From Promethearchaeota archaeon (lineage in GTDB: Archaea > Asgardarchaeota > Lokiarchaeia > Sigyniarchaeales > SOKP01), in assembly GCA_019058365.1 (NCBI GenBank), contig JAHPZE010000002.1, positions 96,001-160,000 of the forward strand: DNA of 64,000 bases. The letters run 5' to 3'. Positions within the stretch are counted from its first letter, which is position 1. Each line of letters opens with the position of its first letter. Shown piece by piece: positions 58,125 to 64,000 of the stretch. The notes beneath the pieces were generated by a model. That model worked only from the letters and a program-made list of their open reading frames with translations, did not search any database and was not told the origin of the DNA. The position numbers and the translations under genes were made by a program.

Positions 58125-58574
58125 TCTTATAAAGTTACCCGTTGTTTCAGAAATGACCACTATACTAATATTATGAGTTCCTTTGGACAATGTCTGAGAA
58201 TATTGTAGTGCGACGGGATAATACTGATAAGTTGCGTCCCCTTGATAGGGCCCTGCACGAGTAAAAGGATTAGTTAATTGTACACCATCAATCCAAAAAT
58301 AGAAAAGCATATCAGCAAAACCAAGCGGGTCAGGAAGGATTCTCGTGCTCGTAGTAAATAACATATGAACTGTAGCAGAAGCATCCAGTCTAACGATTAC
58401 ATATAAATCAGGAACGGTTACATATACTAAAGCTGGTGGGGTATATATATCTTCTTTATAATCATACCAGAAATCTGTTTTCCCTTGATCTATCCATGTA
58501 ATCAACCCAAAACCTAAGCCTCCAGCACCTAATATCAATGCAATCACACCTAAAACTGTTCCACCTTTTCCCAT
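58095..58574 (-). CDS. Membrane-anchored/secreted beta-strand-rich protein
   Basis: Gly-rich N-terminal TM followed by a beta-rich domain ending L.KG.HNIS; GAGG motifs upstream of the ATG at 58574. Confidence 0.65.
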   Translation of the reverse strand: MGKGGTVLGVIALILGAGGLGFGLITWIDQGKTDFWYDYKEDIYTPPALVYVTVPDLYVIVRLDASATVHMLFTTSTRILPDPLGFADMLFYFWIDGVQLTNPFTRAGPYQGDATYQYYPVALQYSQTLSKGTHNISIVVISETTGNFIRSSSLAVTRY

Positions 58575-58848
58575 TAAATCCCTCAACCTCTTAATTCATA
58601 AATGATTTTTTTTTGAGTTTACAATTAAAATATGAATTTATATTAATATAATTTCTATAATAAAAGTTTGCTTTAAAGAGGAAATAACATTATTTTAATT
58701 GGAATTCACAAATTTAAATATATATGAACTCACAAAATTAATTAACTTTTAAATTATAGGGTTTCTAAGTTCTATCTTTAACAAATATAAGATTACTATT
58801 TATAAACATTTTTATTCATTAAAACTAAGTTTAAATTAATGTGAGGTT

Positions 58849-59427
58849 ATGAAATTAATGAAAAATATGAAAAAGAAAATGTTTAATGAAATCTTAAATA
58901 TTGATAATGACGATAAAAAAATCATCGAAATGATTGAAAAAAATCCAGATATTACCCACAGTGATATAGCTAAGGAGATAGACAAATCTCAGCCCGCTGT
59001 AGGTGCCCGAATTATCAAGTTAGAAAGAAAACACCTACTCACAAAACAAGTAGGTTTCAATATTAAAGAAGTCGATATTAAAGTTGCTATTGTTTATGTT
59101 TCTACTAAAGATGTTGAAAATATTGTCCGAAAGATTGAGAACTGTCCCTTTATTAATCATGCGTTCAAAATTTCGGGTGAATTTAACGTACTCTGCTTTA
59201 TTGCCGCTTCGGATTTACAGACTATCGAAAAATTAGTAGATTTGTGCTTTAGACGCGATGAAAATGTTGTCAATGTTAAAACTAATATATTAATTGAATC
59301 CATCCATGATTTTGTGATCCCAATCGATTTTCAAATCGAAAATTTTGATGGGAGGCATTGTGGACCCAAATGTAATATGAGGGAAGATGTACCTAAATTT
59401 AAATTCAATCAGGAAAAAGAAATTTAA
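58849..59427 (+). CDS. Lrp/AsnC-family regulator
   Basis: D..D.KII..., SQPAVGARI.KLE HTH; RAM domain ISGEFN; Cys-containing tail. Confidence 0.9.
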   Translation: MKLMKNMKKKMFNEILNIDNDDKKIIEMIEKNPDITHSDIAKEIDKSQPAVGARIIKLERKHLLTKQVGFNIKEVDIKVAIVYVSTKDVENIVRKIENCPFINHAFKISGEFNVLCFIAASDLQTIEKLVDLCFRRDENVVNVKTNILIESIHDFVIPIDFQIENFDGRHCGPKCNMREDVPKFKFNQEKEI

Positions 59428-59519
59428 GTAAGTTGCATCTTTTTTCTATAAGAAATTTTAACCTTAATTTCACTTTAAAACTCTAATAAAGAGTATAAAA
59501 AAAATTAATCTACTTCCAC

Positions 59520-60068
59520 TTACACTAAACCCTTTGCTTTTGCGATTTTATACTTACATTTTTCACCGCAACCTTCTTCTAAAGTGGGATTATGCTCTTC
59601 TGAATCAAAATCAATAGGTAATATAAAATCTTTCGCGATATCAAGCACAACTTCCATCGAAACACTAGTTATTTCAGGGTTATTTCGAAAATGATAATTA
59701 ACAACATTATCAAGCTTCTGAAGTTTAGAACTCGCAAGTAAGATACAAACGTTATGTTCCCCTGAAAGTTTAAATGCGTTGAGCATAAAAGGACAGTGCT
59801 TAGCCATATCCATTATCTCTTCAGGATTCTTTGTCTTTATCTCTACAGTTGCGAGATGCAAATCTACTTTCTTAAAATTGATCCCCGGCTGGAATTGCAA
59901 AATTCCATTTTTCTCCAGTTTTTTTATTCTCATACCTACGGTCGGCTGCGAACGGTTAATTTTTGTAGCGATTTCTGTGTGTGTAAGACTAGGGTCTTCT
60001 TGAACAAGCGATATTATTTGTCTATCAATCTCATCAAGCTTTAACTTTTCTGAAATCATAATAATCAT
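59520..60068 (-). CDS. Lrp/AsnC-family regulator
   Basis: LDEIDRQII, SQPTVGMRIKKLE, LSGEHN; tail CGEKC. Confidence 0.9.
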   Translation of the reverse strand: MIIMISEKLKLDEIDRQIISLVQEDPSLTHTEIATKINRSQPTVGMRIKKLEKNGILQFQPGINFKKVDLHLATVEIKTKNPEEIMDMAKHCPFMLNAFKLSGEHNVCILLASSKLQKLDNVVNYHFRNNPEITSVSMEVVLDIAKDFILPIDFDSEEHNPTLEEGCGEKCKYKIAKAKGLV

Positions 60069-60179
60069 ATAAAGAATTTTTTTTCTTGACTAATTAAGTA
60101 ATAATTTTTCCAAATTATAAAATTTTAGAAGTTTAAAACAACAATTTAAATTAGTCTAAAAAATTGATCTTACAGACTT

Positions 60180-60465
60180 ATTTCAAGATTAGGATGAATT
60201 TATAAAACATTAATATGTCTTATTTTGAGTTTATTAAAAAAACCAAGATTCCATTATGGTCAATAATTTCCTTTATATGTCTAACTCCACGTTCTATAGG
60301 AGCATCGGGAAGAAGAACCATACCATCCTTAACCAATGTTATCCCTTTTACTTCTAATGGTACGTTATCAAGTGGAAATTCGATTCTAGTATTTCTAATT
60401 TTGACTTCTTTTCTGATTTCTTTCACATTAGAAAATTCTGGTAAAAATCCAAAAAATTGTTGAGA
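60180..60465 (-). pseudogene. Degenerate internal fragment of sfsA
   Basis: FGFLPEFSNVKEIRKEVKI...LEVKGITLVKDG..L.PDAP.ERG.RH.KEII.H.GIL aligns with 62373-63068; lacks the N-terminal OB domain and has a premature stop. Confidence 0.85.
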
Positions 60466-60475
60466 ATTATTTAAA

Positions 60476-61918
60476 TTAAAGAGGAAAGATTGATAGGATA
60501 ATTGGTATTATTGTTGATAATGATACGAATACCATTTTCATAACTTCCGGAAAATCATAACTCCAAGTTCCATAGCTTTTTATCTTCTCAACAACCACGC
60601 GAATAACTTTTATATCTTCAAGAAGAATTTTTCTAGACTTCCATTTTTCATCGATCATAATTAGAATATCAGGGTGGATTATGGCTTCAAAATAAATATA
60701 CTCTAACCGTGAAACCAACGATGTAAAGGAATCAATTAATGAATATTTCATTTTTCTTAAAAATTTATGAATCCGCCATTGGGGAAAAAAGAACAATCCG
60801 AAACTTAAAACTACAAATATCGCTATTCCTATAGAAAACGACATTGAATACAATTCTAAATCTTCAGGAACAATGTAAAATGCTTCACTAATCCAGAAAA
60901 TTAATCCAATAATAATCCCAGATAAGATTAAATAAGTTGTTATGTTAAAGAGTAATTCGCCTATTTTCCGATTTCCTCTCTGAAATTCATAGAAAGATTT
61001 ACCTGTAGCATCAAATTTCTTAGTACTCTCAGATAATTTAATTTTTTTTAATTGAGCATCTCCAAGCATATCAGTAATGGATTTAATTGTATCACTATAT
61101 CTTGTAACACTCAATATTGTCCGATCTGACCCTAAATCACCCATTTTAAAAAGGCCATATATAATAGCAAATAAAAATGTAGCAATCAAGAATATAACTA
61201 GACCAATCCCAATATTAGCTGGGATAATTAAAAATCGACTCCAATCCGGTATAGGTGTTAAATAACTTGCTTTCCAGCTATTTATATCAATCACGGTAAT
61301 TAAACCTATTATCTGATAAATTACAAAGAAAATTGAGCCCAAATACACCCATTTTAAACTCATAATCTTGTTTAATAATCTCTTTGAGAATTTTAAATAT
61401 TCAAGGTCATTACAAAATAGTAATTTTACAGAATTATGCTCTTTCCCATATGGTTTCATTATCTCGTCAATTCTTTTATGCGTATATCCAATTAATTTGG
61501 TGAGAACCAATCCTATAAATATTAATGGAAGATATGTAAACATTTCTTGATATAGAGACACGAAAAACATTTCTATTGAACCAGAATATATTAAATAGAC
61601 AAGAGGTAAACCTAACATGATTGGTAAAAAGAATATCAACGCAAAAATCACAGTAATATATAGTTTTGTACCTATTCCGGTAGTTCTGATTTTAGTCCAA
61701 TCTGATCTATATCCCATTTCTTCTCTCCAAGCTGAATCGTTGACATATTTTCCCATTGGAAATAGATGAGCGATTCCATTAGGATCCTTCCCATAGGGGG
61801 CGGTTTCGTCTATTTTTTTTACATAATCTTCAAAAAATTCTCCATCTTTAAGTTTAGGGTCAATATCACCCTTTTCTCTTTTTTCCATGTTATAATTTTC
61901 AACTGGTTCCGACATCAT
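60476..61918 (-). CDS. Hypothetical polytopic membrane protein
   Basis: 480 aa, about 7 TMs; FFFPQW.IH..L...K and C-terminal TW.Y motifs. Confidence 0.7.
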   Translation of the reverse strand: MMSEPVENYNMEKREKGDIDPKLKDGEFFEDYVKKIDETAPYGKDPNGIAHLFPMGKYVNDSAWREEMGYRSDWTKIRTTGIGTKLYITVIFALIFFLPIMLGLPLVYLIYSGSIEMFFVSLYQEMFTYLPLIFIGLVLTKLIGYTHKRIDEIMKPYGKEHNSVKLLFCNDLEYLKFSKRLLNKIMSLKWVYLGSIFFVIYQIIGLITVIDINSWKASYLTPIPDWSRFLIIPANIGIGLVIFLIATFLFAIIYGLFKMGDLGSDRTILSVTRYSDTIKSITDMLGDAQLKKIKLSESTKKFDATGKSFYEFQRGNRKIGELLFNITTYLILSGIIIGLIFWISEAFYIVPEDLELYSMSFSIGIAIFVVLSFGLFFFPQWRIHKFLRKMKYSLIDSFTSLVSRLEYIYFEAIIHPDILIMIDEKWKSRKILLEDIKVIRVVVEKIKSYGTWSYDFPEVMKMVFVSLSTIIPIILSIFPL

Positions 61919-62092
61919 AGTTCATTTTTAATTAGATTGCGCATATTAAAGCACAAATTTATTATAAATTAAAAAGTTAACTAAATATGGGTAATTTTCT
62001 CTTAATAAATGAAAGAATAAATTTATTAAAAATATATTAATTGGTCGATTACTTTATATATAACACAAAACTTAGGTTGATATCTCAATATT

Positions 62093-62365
62093 ATGAATAT
62101 CTGGAAATATCTGCATCATCTTCTCTCAGGTGCGATAATTTTACTGGAGGGAATAATCTTATTGTTTTTAAAAAAACCACTTTTTTACTCAATACTTTTT
62201 ATTCTTGTTGGTTTATTTTTAGTAATTGATGATATTTTTGCTGAAACTATGGATAAGTCCTTAGTAGGTAAAATCCATTCAGATCCGATTAAATTGAAAA
62301 AAATAGGGATAATATTCTTTCTATGTTTTCAATTATTTTTTGCCTTAATTATAATTTTTTATTAG
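62093..62365 (+). CDS. Small 3-TM membrane protein
   Basis: HH...G and G..L..DD motifs in hydrophobic helices. Confidence 0.55.
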   Translation: MNIWKYLHHLLSGAIILLEGIILLFLKKPLFYSILFILVGLFLVIDDIFAETMDKSLVGKIHSDPIKLKKIGIIFFLCFQLFFALIIIFY

Positions 62366-62372
62366 AATGTAT

Positions 62373-63068
62373 CTAAAAATCAGATAATGGAATTTTTCCG
62401 TTAAAATGAATCCAATTACCATCAAAACTTATTTGAACGGAAATAATTTTGATTCCTCTCTTTCTTGCTTCACTTAAATTTTCTGAAAATTTAGCATCCA
62501 TTTCAAAATTTGGACTAAAACTTTTTGACTTGCGAAATATTAAAAAGAATAAAATTCCATGATGTTCAATAATTTCTTTTACATGTCTCGCTCCCCGTTC
62601 TGTAGGAGCATCGGGAAAAAGAGCAACGCCATCTCTAACTAACGTCACTCCTTTTACTTCAAGTGGTATTCCATCAAGTAGAAAATCTATTCTGCTTTTT
62701 CCAATTTTTACTTCTTTTCTGATTTCTTTCATGTTAAAAAATTCTGGTAAGAGTCCAAAAACTTTTTGAGCAATCTTTGAATGTAAAGCGGTGTCTATAA
62801 GCACCCATTCAAGATTGACTTTAACAGCCTTGATATAATATTTTAGTTTACCCCGAGAATGAGTAAATAAAACTTCAGCACCTTCTATAAGTAATTCTTT
62901 TAACCTGCCGGGGTCGTGTATGTGAGCAGTTTCAATATGCCCCTTGTATTTGATTTCTCCTATAAATCTATTTGGTCTTGAAATAAATATTCCTTTCATT
63001 AAATTAGGAATTTCAAAAAGAGGTTTCTTGTTGTTATTCATGAATTTTTTAGTACCATTTAATATCAA
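62373..63068 (-). CDS. sfsA: SfsA DNA/RNA nuclease (sugar fermentation stimulation protein)
   Basis: RPNRF, H..DPGRL.ELL, SRIDFLL, EVKGVTL, FPDAPT.RG.RH. Confidence 0.93.
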   Translation of the reverse strand: MILNGTKKFMNNNKKPLFEIPNLMKGIFISRPNRFIGEIKYKGHIETAHIHDPGRLKELLIEGAEVLFTHSRGKLKYYIKAVKVNLEWVLIDTALHSKIAQKVFGLLPEFFNMKEIRKEVKIGKSRIDFLLDGIPLEVKGVTLVRDGVALFPDAPTERGARHVKEIIEHHGILFFLIFRKSKSFSPNFEMDAKFSENLSEARKRGIKIISVQISFDGNWIHFNGKIPLSDF

Positions 63069-63163
63069 TTATATTTAGACTAAATTTGTTTATAAAATTA
63101 AGAGATTTTATTATAGAATATAACCTTAATAGATAAAAAGAGTTTATTATTTGAATAATCATA

Positions 63164-63403
63164 ATGAGTGAGCCAGACGATCAAGCAGCTATTGTAAATT
63201 ATAAATTTCATCATATAGATACTTCGAAGTGTGCTCAATGTCAAGATTTTTCCTGTGAAGAAGCGTGCTTTAGGGGTATTTATGAAGTAATTAATAAAAA
63301 ATCTACACCTGAATGTACTGTGGTGGAAGATCGTGAAGATAGATGTGTTAAATGTCACATCTGTACTACAGCATGTAAATATCGGGCTATTCTCATTGAT
63401 TAA
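63164..63403 (+). CDS. Dicluster-type [4Fe-4S] ferredoxin
   Basis: CAQC....C...C and CVKCHICTTAC. Confidence 0.85.
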   Translation: MSEPDDQAAIVNYKFHHIDTSKCAQCQDFSCEEACFRGIYEVINKKSTPECTVVEDREDRCVKCHICTTACKYRAILID

Positions 63404-63597
63404 TCTACTAAAAATTCATTTTAAATCTTTTGATATATATCTATATATAAATTTTCCTTACCTTAATTGAAGATATTTATGAATATATTCAAAATAAAAA
63501 GCATTAAGTGCAGTTTTAGTATTAAATTTCGTTAAAATAAAAAATTATATCAATAAATTGAAAAAATATCATTTTGAAGAATTGTAGGTTTTTTCAT

Positions 63598-63999
63598 TCA
63601 TTGAGCACAAATACATTTTTCACAACAAGTTGCTTGCAAAGATACTTCTCCAAAATCAAGATTTAAATCTATTGGTAAGACAAGATCATTAACTACATTC
63701 TCAATGATGTCCATGTGGGCATATATAACATCTGGATTATTCCGAAAATGGATATTTACGATATTATCAAGGAATTTATAGTTGGTACCAATCAGAAGGA
63801 TGCTCATATTTCTATCTCCTGAAAGTTTAAATGCGTTAATCATGAAAGGGCAGTTTTTGACAGTCTCAATAACCTTTTTTGGATTCTTTGTTTGAATTTC
63901 AACTCTACCAAAACAGAGATCAGCTACTTTGATATTTACACCGGCCTGATATTTCAAAACGCCTAATTTTTCAAGCTTCTTGATGCGCATTCCCACAGT
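63598..63999 (-). CDS. Lrp/AsnC-family regulator (partial, N-terminus beyond window)
   Basis: TVGMRIKKLEK, CPFMINAFKLSGDRN; tail CCEKCIC; close paralogue of 59520-60068. Confidence 0.88.
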   Translation of the reverse strand, partial: TVGMRIKKLEKLGVLKYQAGVNIKVADLCFGRVEIQTKNPKKVIETVKNCPFMINAFKLSGDRNMSILLIGTNYKFLDNIVNIHFRNNPDVIYAHMDIIENVVNDLVLPIDLNLDFGEVSLQATCCEKCICAQ

Positions 64000-64000
64000 C

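Noticed and set aside
1533-63358. Short track ORFs antisense to or nested in long genes (e.g. 1533-1898, 13937-14347, 25132-25431, 32871-33098, 53021-53293, 59779-60044, 63098-63358)
   Set aside because: Shadow ORFs of well-supported genes, with no recognisable motifs.
1-64000. tRNA, rRNA, CRISPR arrays, integrases or transposases
   Set aside because: No GC-rich structured islands, repeat-spacer periodicity or recombinase motifs seen by eye; covariance-model searches were not run.

Overview
AT-rich, gene-dense archaeal chromosomal segment. Gene content (archaeal AlaRS, GEK1-type D-aminoacyl-tRNA deacylase, MptA/MptD/MptG, CofGH, tungsten AOR, EndoQ-like nuclease, FtsZ, plus eukaryote-like E1/E2/JAMM/RING) points to an Asgard archaeon, probably Lokiarchaeia; this is inferred, not checked against a database. 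Main point of interest: a compact ubiquitin-like conjugation locus at about 28.7-36.7 kb. It has a co-oriented Ubl-E1-E2-JAMM-membrane RING run whose modifier ends in Ala-Gly rather than Gly-Gly, a second AG-ending Ubl paralogue with an acidic tail, a membrane-anchored non-conjugatable Ubl, a divergent winged-helix regulator and a long coiled-coil protein. Together these resemble a prokaryotic membrane-protein quality-control (ERAD-like) module. Other notable items: (i) three to five conserved genes appear to start at ATT/ATC codons behind Shine-Dalgarno-like motifs; (ii) two non-PFL glycyl-radical enzyme loci, one fused to an SCP2-like lipid-binding domain and followed by AOR, the other next to a sulfatase; (iii) an amidohydrolase coupled to arfC-cofG-cofH, a candidate pyrimidine deaminase; (iv) ORFs missed by the track (PadR, a 36-aa membrane peptide, a rubrerythrin-like protein); (v) a double palindrome upstream of PadR, a perfect 51-bp tandem duplication, an sfsA relic and three Cys-tailed Lrp paralogues. 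No rRNA, tRNA, CRISPR array or transposase was recognised.
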